Program-made: the position numbers and the translations under genes
DNA from: Candidatus Magasanikiibacteriota bacterium
GTDB lineage: Bacteria; Patescibacteriota; Patescibacteriia; Magasanikbacterales; GWA2-37-8
Direction: 5' to 3'
Assembly (NCBI GenBank): GCA_016182085.1
Contig: JACOYB010000004.1
Span: forward strand, 211,923 to 275,922
Length of the DNA: 64,000 nt
In this document: one piece after another, positions 26,849 through 37,521 of the stretch
How the letters are laid out: every line of letters starts with the position of its first letter
Position numbering within the stretch: position 1 is the first letter of the stretch
The notes under the pieces: generated by a model
The model's input: the letters and a program-made list of their open reading frames with translations, nothing else
Database searches by the model: none
What the model was told of the DNA's origin: nothing

Positions 26849-27420
26849 GCTATAATTTGGCCGCTGCTGTGTATGATGAAAATGAAAATTATTTAAATAG
26901 TTTTGAACAAGGTGAGCTTATTCCTTTGCTTGGCGCTCTGGCTGACAAGAAGATTTTGGATGTTGGGGCTGGTACGGGCCGCCTATCCTTGCCCTTGGCA
27001 AATAGGGGGGCAAAAGTCACCGCTTTAGATGTCTCGTCCAACATGTTAGATTTAATAAAGAAAAAAAATAGTAAAATTGAAATTATTGTAGGTGATGCGG
27101 AAAGCCTGCCTTTTGAAGATAATACATTTGATATTGTGACGGCCGCATTTTTAATTGTGCATCTCAAAAACCCAACCAGATTTTTTGATGAAGCGTATAG
27201 AATCTTAAAAGACGGAGGGATTTTGGCGGTGACCAACATTAATCAGAAGGATCCGCCGCAAGTAAAAACAAAACAAGGTAATATTATAATTGAATCTTTT
27301 TATCATCGTCCGGAAAAAATAATAGAAATATTAAAATCGTTGGCTTTTAGCATTGCAGAAAATATTTTTGTAAAGGAAAAAGAGCTTTGGATAAATCAAG
27401 TTGTGGTGGCGAGAAAGTAA
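26812..27420 (+). CDS. class I SAM-dependent methyltransferase
   Basis: Motif I ILDVGAGTGRLSLPLA and post-I acidic residue (ALDVS). Overlaps the comEC 3' end. Confidence 0.7.
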   Translation: MAKKAKVLSSEIGYNLAAAVYDENENYLNSFEQGELIPLLGALADKKILDVGAGTGRLSLPLANRGAKVTALDVSSNMLDLIKKKNSKIEIIVGDAESLPFEDNTFDIVTAAFLIVHLKNPTRFFDEAYRILKDGGILAVTNINQKDPPQVKTKQGNIIIESFYHRPEKIIEILKSLAFSIAENIFVKEKELWINQVVVARK

Positions 27421-27423
27421 AAT

Positions 27424-27490
27424 AAAAACACATCCTCCTTCCCATGTTTACAAAATTTTATAAAAATGGGAAGGCCGAAGGATGTGTGTT
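27424..27490. terminator. long bidirectional hairpin (CACATCCTCCTTCCCATG...CATGGGAAGGCCGAAGGATGTG)
   Basis: Duplicated at 27991-28052. Confidence 0.5.
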
Positions 27491-27508
27491 TGTCCGGCGG
27501 CCTGCACG

Positions 27509-27850
27509 CTACTTAGGAAAAGTAATGACGGGATGGGTTCTGAGAATAAGAGGCGGACATTTGGCCTTGGCATCGTAATCTACCGATCTCTTTTGCAACC
27601 AAGGCATCTGTTTACAGCGAGGACAGTCTTCGCCCTCATTGTGCCATTCACCTTCTTCGCTTTGAGATTCGCTGCAGTAAGCCTTTTCACATTCGGGGCA
27701 TTGCAGGTTCGGACTTTGAGAAATATCCTGCGAATTACATCCCGGACATCTTACGATCATTCCCAAGGCCGTTTTATTTTTTAGTAGCGATGACTCCTTG
27801 GTGACGCAGCCGCATTTCGCGCATATCCAGATTTGTTCTGGGTGGGACAT
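27509..27850 (-). CDS. Cys-rich zinc-ribbon protein; GC-rich
   Basis: 113 aa with four CxxC pairs (CAKCG, CPGCN, CPECE, CPRCK). RBS AAGGAG. About 50 % GC in an otherwise roughly 33 % GC neighbourhood. Confidence 0.5.
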   Translation of the reverse strand: MSHPEQIWICAKCGCVTKESSLLKNKTALGMIVRCPGCNSQDISQSPNLQCPECEKAYCSESQSEEGEWHNEGEDCPRCKQMPWLQKRSVDYDAKAKCPPLILRTHPVITFPK

Positions 27851-27899
27851 CTATGGGTGCTCCTTATCAGGAATTTAACATAATTTTAAATATAAATCA

Positions 27900-28097
27900 A
27901 TGGATAAGAGTAAAAAAATTCTTTTGGCAGCCGGTGTGATTTTGGCGGTAACTAATATTAACCAGAAAGATTCGCCGCAAGTAAAAACAAAAACACATCC
28001 TTCTTCCTATGTCTACAAATTTTATAGACATGGGAAGGCCGAAGGATGTGATGTTGTTTGCTGCGGCCTTGAATTTACTGTTTATGGTAAGATGTAG
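27900..28097 (+). pseudogene. chimeric pseudo-ORF created by segmental duplication
   Basis: The N-terminus MDKSKKILLAAGVIL copies the start of the 28304 gene (MLKSKKILLAASIVL). The next part, AVTNINQKDSPQVKTK, copies the methyltransferase C-terminus (AVTNINQKDPPQVKTK). The remainder is read through the duplicated terminator hairpin. Confidence 0.6.
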
Positions 28098-28259
28098 TCA
28101 GTCGCTATACGCCCACGCCACGAACCGAGCGTAGTCATCGTTGTAGCTACTACGTCGTTGGCCGCCACCCTGGGTAGTCTTGGGACGTGGTTTGGTCCTT
28201 GGCTTCGGAGCCTTTGTCTTGGGTTTGGCTTTTGTCTTAGCTTTGGAACGGTTCGTCAT
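28098..28259 (-). CDS. small highly basic protein (53 aa); GC-rich; below the ORF-track size cutoff
   Basis: RBS AGGAGG lies 4 nt from the ATG at 28259. Translation: MTNRSKAKTKAKPKTKAPKPRTKPRPKTTQGGGQRRSSYNDDYARFVAWAYSD. About 55 % GC. Confidence 0.4.
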   Translation of the reverse strand: MTNRSKAKTKAKPKTKAPKPRTKPRPKTTQGGGQRRSSYNDDYARFVAWAYSD

Positions 28260-28303
28260 GTTTCCTCCTAAAAAGAATTTAACATAACTAAAATTTTAAA
28301 TCA

Positions 28304-29173
28304 ATGCTCAAGAGCAAAAAAATCCTATTGGCCGCCAGTATAGTTTTGATTACTTCATTGGGTCTGGTTTTGTATTTTTTGTACAAACAAAATACTCAGC
28401 ATAAATTTCAAGTTACGTTTTTTGATATTGGCCAGGGAGATGCCGCTCTAATTCAATTTGGCAATGGCCAAAAAATGCTGGTGGATTGCGGCGCGGATAA
28501 AAAAATTCTGGCCAAACTTGGGCGCGCGCTGCCTTTTTATGATCGCAACATAGATTTTCTTTTAGCCACACATCCAGACCTGGATCACTACGGCGGTTGT
28601 GTGGATGTTTTAAAAAATTATAAAGTAAAAGAAATTATTATAAATGGCCATAAAAAAGAATATGATGCGTATTGGAGAACTTGGGACGAGGCGGTAAAAA
28701 ATGAAGGGGCGAATATAAAAATTATAAACAGTCCCGAAGTTTTGATAATCGCCAGTTCAACTTTGGAATTTTTATCACCCGACAGTTCCTTGGATTTGGA
28801 TGTGGCCAGTGATGATAATAATAATTATTCCATAGTTTTTAGATTAAAAAATCAGGAAAAAAGCTTTTTGTTTACAGGTGATATGGAAATACCTTTGGAA
28901 AATGCTTTGATGAAAAAATATTGTTCTCCCACTTCAAGTTCCACGTCTGTCTGTCCAGCTTTGGAATCCAAGGTTCTTAAAGTTGGGCATCATGGCAGCG
29001 ATAGCTCCTCAGGGGAAGATTTTTTGCGGCTAGTCAGTCCCGAGAAGGCGGTTATTTCCAGCGGCAAAAATAATAAATATGGCCATCCATCATTGCGAGT
29101 ATTGAGAAAAGCGGAAAGGAGTGGCGCGGAAATACTGCGAACGGATACTTTGGGCGATATTATAAAATATTGA
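28304..29173 (+). CDS. ComEC C-terminal metallo-beta-lactamase domain protein
   Basis: MBL motifs HPDLDHYGG and VGHHGS. N-terminal TM anchor. Confidence 0.75.
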   Translation: MLKSKKILLAASIVLITSLGLVLYFLYKQNTQHKFQVTFFDIGQGDAALIQFGNGQKMLVDCGADKKILAKLGRALPFYDRNIDFLLATHPDLDHYGGCVDVLKNYKVKEIIINGHKKEYDAYWRTWDEAVKNEGANIKIINSPEVLIIASSTLEFLSPDSSLDLDVASDDNNNYSIVFRLKNQEKSFLFTGDMEIPLENALMKKYCSPTSSSTSVCPALESKVLKVGHHGSDSSSGEDFLRLVSPEKAVISSGKNNKYGHPSLRVLRKAERSGAEILRTDTLGDIIKY

Positions 29174-29346
29174 CCCGGTTAAATCCGGCAAGGCCGGTCT
29201 GCGCAGCAGAATTTAACGGGGTTGACATAAGTCGGTATAGATGATAACATATCATTATTAAAGAGCTTTCATAAAGAAACGCTCTTTTTTGTTAGCAATT
29301 TTTGTGCTAAACTATTAACTAACTACCTTAATTTAAGAAAATACAT

Positions 29347-30576
29347 ATGTCAGATATCACTAAGGCCATGCAAGTATTATGTGAGGAAAAAAACCTTTCT
29401 TATGAATCCGTATTAGAGGCAATTGAGTTTGCCCTTGCGGCCGCGTATCGCAAGGATTTTGGCAATAAACAGCAAAATATCAAGGTAAAGTTTGATCCGG
29501 AGACTTCGGATATGAAAGCTTGGGACGTTAAAACTGTTGTGGAGGATATCCCCGAAGAAACCTTGCTTGCCGCCCAAGAAGAATTAACCAAACGACGTGA
29601 AAAAGCCAAAGAGGAAAAACGTGAATTGACCGATGAAGAAACTGAAGACTTGCCTCGTTTCAACCCAAAGACCGAGCTGATGATTTCCGCCGCTAAAGAA
29701 ATAGATAAAAAAGCAAAAGTAGGGGATGTTTTGGAAATTCCACTTGAAATTCAACACGAATTTGGTCGTATGGCCGCGCAAACCGCCAAACAAGTTATTA
29801 TCCAAAAAATTCGCGAAGCCGAACGCGGTATCATGTTTAATGATTTCAAAGGCCAGGAAGGTCAATTGATCATGGGTACGATCCAAAGAGCCGAAGCCCG
29901 CAAAGTTTTGGTTGATTTTGGAAAAGTAACCGGCGTGTTGCTCGCAGATCAGCAAAATCCTCGCGACCACTATCGCCCGGGCGCGCGTATGAAGTTTTTG
30001 TTATTGTCCGTAGAAATGACACCGCGCGGTTTGGAAGTGTTATTGTCTCGCAGCGATGTCGGTATGGTGCGTGAAATTTTCAAACAAGAAATTCCGGAAA
30101 TTAACGACGGTGTCATAGAAATAAAAGGCGTTGCCCGTGAGTCCGGTTTCCGTTCCAAAGTATCTGTATTTACGACTGATAAATCAATTGATCCGATCGG
30201 CTCTTGTATCGGACAGAAAGGCAGCCGCATAAATACAATTATTGAAGAACTGGGCGGAGAAAAAATTGATATCATCCAATATAGCGAGGATGCGAAAGAG
30301 TATATTGCCCATGCTTTGGCTCCGGCAAAAATCTTGGGAGTAAAATTAAATGAGGCTGAAAAAATTGCCGAAGTATCCGTGGTTACGGATCAATTCTCTT
30401 TGGCTATTGGCCGCAATGGGCAAAATGTTCGTTTGGCTGCCAATTTGACCGGTTGGAGAATAGATGTGGTAGAAGAAGGTGGAAAACAAGAAGTTTCAAG
30501 CGATAAAGTTGAACCGGAAGCATCAGAAGAAGCCGCCGTTGAAGAAGTCAAAGAAGAAGAAAAAGCCGTGGAGTAA
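29347..30576 (+). CDS. nusA: transcription termination/antitermination factor NusA
   Basis: NusA N-terminal domain, S1 and two KH domains (GSCIGQKGSRINTIIEELGGEKIDI). Acidic tail. Confidence 0.95.
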   Translation: MSDITKAMQVLCEEKNLSYESVLEAIEFALAAAYRKDFGNKQQNIKVKFDPETSDMKAWDVKTVVEDIPEETLLAAQEELTKRREKAKEEKRELTDEETEDLPRFNPKTELMISAAKEIDKKAKVGDVLEIPLEIQHEFGRMAAQTAKQVIIQKIREAERGIMFNDFKGQEGQLIMGTIQRAEARKVLVDFGKVTGVLLADQQNPRDHYRPGARMKFLLLSVEMTPRGLEVLLSRSDVGMVREIFKQEIPEINDGVIEIKGVARESGFRSKVSVFTTDKSIDPIGSCIGQKGSRINTIIEELGGEKIDIIQYSEDAKEYIAHALAPAKILGVKLNEAEKIAEVSVVTDQFSLAIGRNGQNVRLAANLTGWRIDVVEEGGKQEVSSDKVEPEASEEAAVEEVKEEEKAVE

Positions 30577-30581
30577 CCCAT

Positions 30582-30608
30582 GTCATCCTGAACTTGTTTC
30601 AGAATGAC
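30582..30608. repeat. GTCATyCTGAAC-family hairpin, short copy G, acting as nusA terminator
   Basis: GTCATCCTGAACttgtttCAGAATGAC. Confidence 0.6.
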
Positions 30609-30633
30609 AATTATTTAGTCATTAGAAATTTTT

Positions 30634-31386
30634 ATGTTAGCTTTGTTTAACACCATTCTATACCAACCAATATTCAATCTCTTTGTTTTTTTGTATAACA
30701 TTTTGCCCGGACACGATGTTGGTTTGGTAATTTTGGCAATTACGATTTTAGTGCGACTGGCCGTGTATCCGCTTACGAGCGCTTCCATAAAATCCCAGCG
30801 CGCCTTACAGGATTTGCAACCAAAGTTAGCGGCTATAAAACAACAATACGCCGATGATAAACAAAAGCAAACGGTGGCTATCATGGAGATGTATAAAAAT
30901 AACAAAGTAAACCCGCTGGCTTCTTGTTTGCCAATGTTAATTCAGTTGCCGATTTTGATTGCCTTGTATATGGTATTGCAGGATGGGTTGAATTCAAAAA
31001 ATTTAGCAGATTCTCTGTATTCGTTTATCAGTAATCCGGGTACCATAAATCAAATTTCTCTTGGCGTCCTTAATATGGCCAAACCAAACTATGTTTTGGC
31101 TATTTTAGCCGGTTTGGCGCAGTATTTCCAAGCTAAAACTTTGAGTACAAAAAATCCCCCTCTTCAAGCCGGTGAAGGTTCAAAAGACGAGGCGATGATG
31201 TCTATGATGAACAAGCAGATGCTTTATTTTATGCCAGTGATGACCGTGGTAATTGGTTTTAATTTGCCCGGCGGACTTACCCTGTATTGGTTCTTCAGCA
31301 CACTGCTTATGGTGTTGCAGCAGCTATGGATTTCTAAGAATTTCAAAAGCAAGGGCAGCGTCATTGAAGGGCAAATCGTTAAATAA
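30634..31386 (+). CDS. yidC: YidC/Oxa1-family membrane protein insertase (short form)
   Basis: Five-TM core with conserved LPILIALYMVL and GLTLYWFFSTLL segments. Confidence 0.85.
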   Translation: MLALFNTILYQPIFNLFVFLYNILPGHDVGLVILAITILVRLAVYPLTSASIKSQRALQDLQPKLAAIKQQYADDKQKQTVAIMEMYKNNKVNPLASCLPMLIQLPILIALYMVLQDGLNSKNLADSLYSFISNPGTINQISLGVLNMAKPNYVLAILAGLAQYFQAKTLSTKNPPLQAGEGSKDEAMMSMMNKQMLYFMPVMTVVIGFNLPGGLTLYWFFSTLLMVLQQLWISKNFKSKGSVIEGQIVK

Positions 31387-31427
31387 ACTCGGTGTTAATT
31401 TAATTAAAACCCATCGGCACATATTGT

Positions 31428-31694
31428 ATGATTATTAATCTGCGTACATTATTGCATCTGCCGGTTTATACCGAGTCTGGAACGAAACTCGGTACGGTTT
31501 TTGATTTAGAATTGGATGCCGAAGGGCATGTCATAATGAAATATTTTGTTAAAGCGAATTTTTTAAGCGTAAAATATTTTCTGATTGAGAAAAGTTTGGT
31601 AAAAGAAATTACAGAAGACAAAATAGTTGTATATGATAGCGTGGAAAGGGGTAGTTTGCTTGAAATGCCGCCCAATATGGCTTTAGGGGAGTAA
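31428..31694 (+). CDS. PRC-barrel-like domain protein
   Basis: 88 aa. A LG.V.D..D...G.V..Y.V pattern typical of PRC barrels. Confidence 0.35.
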   Translation: MIINLRTLLHLPVYTESGTKLGTVFDLELDAEGHVIMKYFVKANFLSVKYFLIEKSLVKEITEDKIVVYDSVERGSLLEMPPNMALGE

Positions 31695-31698
31695 CTTT

Positions 31699-32634
31699 AT
31701 GATTCAAGTTGAAACGCTGCAGCGTTCCATAAAAAATACCCTAACTTATTTTGATATAGCTGATTTTCCTCTTACCAAAGAGGAACTTTTTGTTTTTCTT
31801 TGGCAACCGCCCAGGGTTAGTTATGCGGATTTTTTAGAATTTTTACAGATAAATAATTCTGGATTTGAAACCAGACAGGGTTTTTATTTTTTGCCGGGCA
31901 GATCCGAACTTATAGAAACGAGGCAGCGCCGGCTGCTTATTTCCGAAAAAAAACTTAAGATCGCTCGTCGGGCGGCCGGAATAATTAGATCGGTTCCGTT
32001 TCTCAAAGCCGTGTTTGTCTGTAATACGGTCGGATCCGAACAAGCCAAAGAAGATAGTGATATAGATTTTTTTATAATTACGGCCAAAAATAGAATCTGG
32101 GTTACCAGATTGTTTGTTACATTTTTATTGAGTTTGTTTAGGTTAAGACGTGTTAAAGATCGCGTTAAAGATAAAATCTGCCTTAGTTTTTATGTGACCG
32201 AAGATAATTTGGATTTGTCTAAATTTAGAGTGGCTGACGATGATATTCACTTTGCTTTTTGGATAAACCAAATGTTGCCGCTATATGACCCGGATAATTA
32301 CTTCGCCAAATTTTTAGAGGCAAATAGCTGGACAAAAAAGTATTTACCGAATATAAATATTAGCAGCAGTGCATCTTATATTTTTAAAGTTTCCGATTCC
32401 CGCCTCGGGAAAATTTGGAAAAGTATCTGGGAAAAAATGTGGACAGGTGCTTATGGGGATTTGGTAAATGGTGAAGCCAAGAAAATACAATTATCCAAAA
32501 TGAAGTTTTCCGGCAATAAAATAGACAGAGGCGAAGATAAAGGCGTGGTAATTTCCGATTCTATTTTGAAGTTTCATGAGAAGGACACTAGGCTGCAATA
32601 TAGAGAATTATGGCAACACAAAATCGCATCCTAA
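31699..32634 (+). CDS. nucleotidyltransferase-domain protein (Pol-beta superfamily)
   Basis: The hG[GS]x9-13Dh[DE]h motif is present: CNTVGSEQAKEDSDIDFFII. Confidence 0.5.
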   Translation: MIQVETLQRSIKNTLTYFDIADFPLTKEELFVFLWQPPRVSYADFLEFLQINNSGFETRQGFYFLPGRSELIETRQRRLLISEKKLKIARRAAGIIRSVPFLKAVFVCNTVGSEQAKEDSDIDFFIITAKNRIWVTRLFVTFLLSLFRLRRVKDRVKDKICLSFYVTEDNLDLSKFRVADDDIHFAFWINQMLPLYDPDNYFAKFLEANSWTKKYLPNINISSSASYIFKVSDSRLGKIWKSIWEKMWTGAYGDLVNGEAKKIQLSKMKFSGNKIDRGEDKGVVISDSILKFHEKDTRLQYRELWQHKIAS

Positions 32635-34061
32635 TTTTAAAAAAAGCACAGGATTTGATCCTGATTGCGTTTTTGTTTTTGTTGCCTTGGCAGACCAGGT
32701 ACATTTGGCATTATGGCCAGTTGAATGGCGGGTATTGGGAGTATGGCACCGGCAGTATTTATGCGACCGAGATATTGTTGTGGATTATTTTAATTCTATT
32801 TTTTGTTAATAATTTTCTAAACAAAGAAGTTTGGGCGGGACTCATAAGGAGAAAAAATATTTTAGCACCTGTGTTTTTGCTGTTTTTGGCGGTACTTGGT
32901 TTTTCGGTAGTTTTTAGTGAAAATATTGGCGTGTCTTATGGTTATGTTTTTCACATCTTAGAAGGTATGGCTCTAATGACAGTGCTGGTGCGAAGTGGAC
33001 AATCGTTCGCTGTCATCCCGACCGCAGTGGAGGGATCCCTTATACCAAATCAAAAAGATTCCTCTATTACGCTTCGTTCCAATTGGAACGACAAATATTT
33101 GTATGCTATTTGGCTGGGCGCAGTAGGGCAGGGCATGTTGGCAATGTATCAATTTTTAAACCAAAGTGTTTTTGCGAGCAAATGGTTGGGGATGGCCGGG
33201 CAGGAGGCATATAATTTAGGTCCAAGCGTGATAGAGTTTGCCGACCAAAGATGGTTGCGCGCGTATGGAAGTTTTGGTTCGCCAAATTCACTCGGAATTT
33301 ATCTGGCAGTTTTGTTTGTCTTAGGTCTTATATTGTATTTAAAAACAGAATCCCCGCGTTATAAAATTTTAATCAGTATTGGCCAGCTATTTGTTTTGTC
33401 AGGTTTACTAGTCTCTTTTTCCCGAGGAGCGTGGCTCGCGGCTGTAGCCGGGGTGTTATGTTTATTTATAATTTTAATTTATAAGCGCAAACCGTCATTC
33501 CCGCCGCAAGCGGGAATCCAGGCAATCGGATCGGATACTAGATTCCCGCTTGCGGCGGGAATGACAAATTTGAAAGAATTTGCCAAACAAATAGTTTTTG
33601 TTTTAGCAGTAGTTGTATTTTGGGTAGCTATTTTTTATCCGGTATTTAACGCTCGGTTTAATCTGCAAAATCGCTTAGAAATAAAATCCGTTGCTGAAAG
33701 GCAGGAGCAGTATAGCGGGTCACTGGCGTTTATTAAAGTAAATTCAGTCTTAGGTGTTGGCCCGGGTGCATATACGTATGCGTTATATAAAAAATATTCA
33801 AATTTAGCTTCCTGGCAATATCAGCCAATCCACAATATTTATCTGCTTGGCGTAGTAGAAATGGGCGTAGTTGCGGCCGTGCTGCTTGCGTTCTTAATAG
33901 CAAATTTTGCTAAAATGATTATAAAAAATAATATTATTTATCTTCCGGTTCTAACTGCCCTGCTTGTTTCTGGCCTGTTTGATCATTGGCTTGCCAGCTT
34001 GTTTACGGGCATAATGTTGTGGTGGGTAATCTGGGGTCTAGGTCTAAAAAGAAACTCTTGA
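32610..34061 (+). CDS. O-antigen ligase / Wzy_C-family polytopic membrane protein with two in-frame palindromic-element insertions
   Basis: At least 10 TM segments and the SRGAW motif (LLVSFSRGAWLAAVAG). Elements at 33003-33031 and 33494-33565 are translated within the ORF. Confidence 0.65.
   Translation: MATQNRILILKKAQDLILIAFLFLLPWQTRYIWHYGQLNGGYWEYGTGSIYATEILLWIILILFFVNNFLNKEVWAGLIRRKNILAPVFLLFLAVLGFSVVFSENIGVSYGYVFHILEGMALMTVLVRSGQSFAVIPTAVEGSLIPNQKDSSITLRSNWNDKYLYAIWLGAVGQGMLAMYQFLNQSVFASKWLGMAGQEAYNLGPSVIEFADQRWLRAYGSFGSPNSLGIYLAVLFVLGLILYLKTESPRYKILISIGQLFVLSGLLVSFSRGAWLAAVAGVLCLFIILIYKRKPSFPPQAGIQAIGSDTRFPLAAGMTNLKEFAKQIVFVLAVVVFWVAIFYPVFNARFNLQNRLEIKSVAERQEQYSGSLAFIKVNSVLGVGPGAYTYALYKKYSNLASWQYQPIHNIYLLGVVEMGVVAAVLLAFLIANFAKMIIKNNIIYLPVLTALLVSGLFDHWLASLFTGIMLWWVIWGLGLKRNS
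33494..33565. repeat. GTCATTCCCGC-family palindromic element, copy B, in-frame
   Basis: Perfect 28-bp inverted repeat GTCATTCCCGCCGCAAGCGGGAATCCAG / CTAGATTCCCGCTTGCGGCGGGAATGAC. Encodes FPPQAGIQAIGSDTRFPLAAGMT. Confidence 0.85.
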
Positions 34062-34153
34062 CACCCGGTTTTTCTTCTAGTAAAATGAGTTCACTCTTAT
34101 CACTCTATTATTTTGAGTGCTAATACTTCTAAATAATTTAATTATTTTAGTAT

Positions 34154-34438
34154 ATGCAAATCAAGCCATTAGGAGACAACGTTTTAGTTAAGCAAATCAA
34201 AGCCGATGAAGTTACTTCTTTCGGTTTGGTTTTGCCGGATAAAGACGAGAAAAAAGCCGAAGCCGAAGTAGTGGCCGTTGGCCCGGGCAAATTGCTTGAA
34301 AACGGACAGCGAAGCAATATGGAAGTAAAAGTTGGCGACAAAGTACTATTAAAAAATTGGGGTGGAGAAAAAGTAGAATTAAATAAGGAAGAATATAAAA
34401 TTGTTTCACAGGATGATATTTTAGCAGTAATTCAATAA
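34154..34438 (+). CDS. groES: co-chaperonin GroES
   Basis: MQIKPLGDNVLVKQ...VVAVGPGK...GDKVLL is the canonical Cpn10 sequence. Confidence 0.95.
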   Translation: MQIKPLGDNVLVKQIKADEVTSFGLVLPDKDEKKAEAEVVAVGPGKLLENGQRSNMEVKVGDKVLLKNWGGEKVELNKEEYKIVSQDDILAVIQ

Positions 34439-34562
34439 ATAAGAGTCTCATTGATATTAATTTTCTTGCAGCCAAACTACCCCTAAAGGGGATGCTCGCT
34501 GCGGCGAGTGCGATGGCTGCCGCAAAAATCAATATCAACTCGCCTTGTATCTTAATTCATAA

Positions 34563-36227
<1,665 letters not shown>

Positions 36228-36240
36228 ACAAAACTATTTT

Positions 36241-36306
36241 GTCATGCCGAACTTGTTTCGGCATCCCGTTATTAGCAAGGAGATCCCGAAACAAGTTCGG
36301 GATGAC
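36241..36306. repeat. GTCATyCTGAAC-family palindromic element, copy H
   Basis: GTCATGCCGAACTTGTTTCGGCATCCCG...CCCGAAACAAGTTCGGGATGAC. Followed by the terminator AAAAGCGCTCCgaaaGGGGCGTTTTTT. Confidence 0.7.
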
Positions 36307-36402
36307 AGAAAAACAAAAGCGCTCCGAAAGGGGCGTTTTTTGTTTGTAAAATGTTAGAATACAGAGTAGAATTAATTTAACTATTTAAATCATTTATAAA
36401 TT

Positions 36403-36894
36403 ATGAGCAGCTATATAATTTCATTTTTTTCCTCATTTCCCCCAGAACTCGCCACTTTTCTTATTGGTATGACACCTGTTGGCGAAATTCGCCTGGCTTT
36501 ACCGGTGGCAATTTTGGGATACAAACTCCCGATTTGGGAGGCGTTTTTTTGGGGAGTAATGGGGAATATGGTTCCGGTAACTATAATTTTGTCTTTCGCT
36601 AAATATTTTCATTTATGGATTCACAAAAGATCCGGATGGTTTGCCTCGGCCTGGGTTAAATATCTGGATAGAGCCCAGCATAAATTTGCGGGGGATTATC
36701 AAAAATACGGATTAATCGGACTGATGATTTTTGTGGGCATCCCACTGCCTATGACCGGAGCGTGGACCGGCGCTTTGGCCGCTTTTGTTTTTGCTTTGCC
36801 TTTTGGCAAATCATGGTTTTCTATTTTAGCCGGCGTAATTATTTCCGGCATGGCTACATTGCTTATAACCGTTGGAGCGGGCAGGATATTTTGA
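36403..36894 (+). CDS. small membrane protein, putative small multidrug-export (COG2426-like) family
   Basis: Four TM segments; N-terminal GMTPVGEIRLALPVAILGY motif. Confidence 0.4.
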   Translation: MSSYIISFFSSFPPELATFLIGMTPVGEIRLALPVAILGYKLPIWEAFFWGVMGNMVPVTIILSFAKYFHLWIHKRSGWFASAWVKYLDRAQHKFAGDYQKYGLIGLMIFVGIPLPMTGAWTGALAAFVFALPFGKSWFSILAGVIISGMATLLITVGAGRIF

Positions 36895-36917
36895 GTTTCC
36901 ATTTTTGGCTTCTCACC

Positions 36918-36951
36918 CTATAAGGGGGAGGATATAGGAGGGGGTTTCGGA
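36918..36951 (+). repeat. 32-bp direct repeat (left copy) flanking the DUF559 gene
   Basis: ccctataagggggaggatataggagggggttt compared with 37476-37507 ccctataagggggaggacagaggagggggttt. Confidence 0.75.
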
Positions 36952-36958
36952 TATTATT

Positions 36959-37336
36959 ATGACCATAAAGAGAACATATCAAAACGAACCGACACTAAAG
37001 GATGTGAGGCGTTTCCTGCGCGCAGAAGGCACGTCCGCAGAAAAAATTTTATGGAAGTATATTCGCAAAAATCAATTAGGTTATAAATTTCGTAGGCAGT
37101 TTAGCATTGGAAATTTTGTGGCTGATTTTTACTGCCACGAGCTTAAATTAATTATTGAATTGGATGGGTGGACACACGATAGTTCTCAGACTAAAATTAA
37201 AGATTTGCGGAAACAACAATTTTTTGAAGGTAAGGGTTATACAGTAATTAGACTTACGAACGAAGAGATTTATGGAGATCCGGAAAAATTTATTGCTCGT
37301 ATTAAAGAGATTTGTGATAAATTATCAAAATACTAA
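36959..37336 (+). CDS. DUF559 (Vsr-like / restriction-endonuclease-like) endonuclease domain protein
   Basis: 125-aa protein with ...FVADFYCHELKLIIELDGWTHD...TVIRLTNEEI..., the DUF559 fold signature. Confidence 0.6.
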   Translation: MTIKRTYQNEPTLKDVRRFLRAEGTSAEKILWKYIRKNQLGYKFRRQFSIGNFVADFYCHELKLIIELDGWTHDSSQTKIKDLRKQQFFEGKGYTVIRLTNEEIYGDPEKFIARIKEICDKLSKY

Positions 37337-37475
37337 ACCCCACCCTTTATCCCTCCCCTTGTAGGGTAGGGAACGAACGAAACAAAGAATAATAACTATT
37401 CTCTTCACACACCTCTTTACTTATAAGGGAGGGAGCGAACAGGTAAGCGGCTGGAGTAAGTTTGTTGTAAGTCCT

Positions 37476-37507
37476 CCCCCTATAAGGGGGAGGACAGAGG
37501 AGGGGGT
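37476..37507 (+). repeat. 32-bp direct repeat (right copy), immediately 5' of prfB
   Basis: Contains the perfect hairpin CCTCCCCCTataAGGGGGAGG followed by AGGAGGGGG. Confidence 0.75.
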
Positions 37508-37521
37508 TTTGTGCTAATACT

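Noticed and set aside
27900-28097. ORF 27900..28097 as a real gene
   Set aside because: Its sequence is a mosaic of duplicated pieces of the 28304 gene start and the methyltransferase 3' end read through a terminator hairpin. Called a pseudo-ORF instead.
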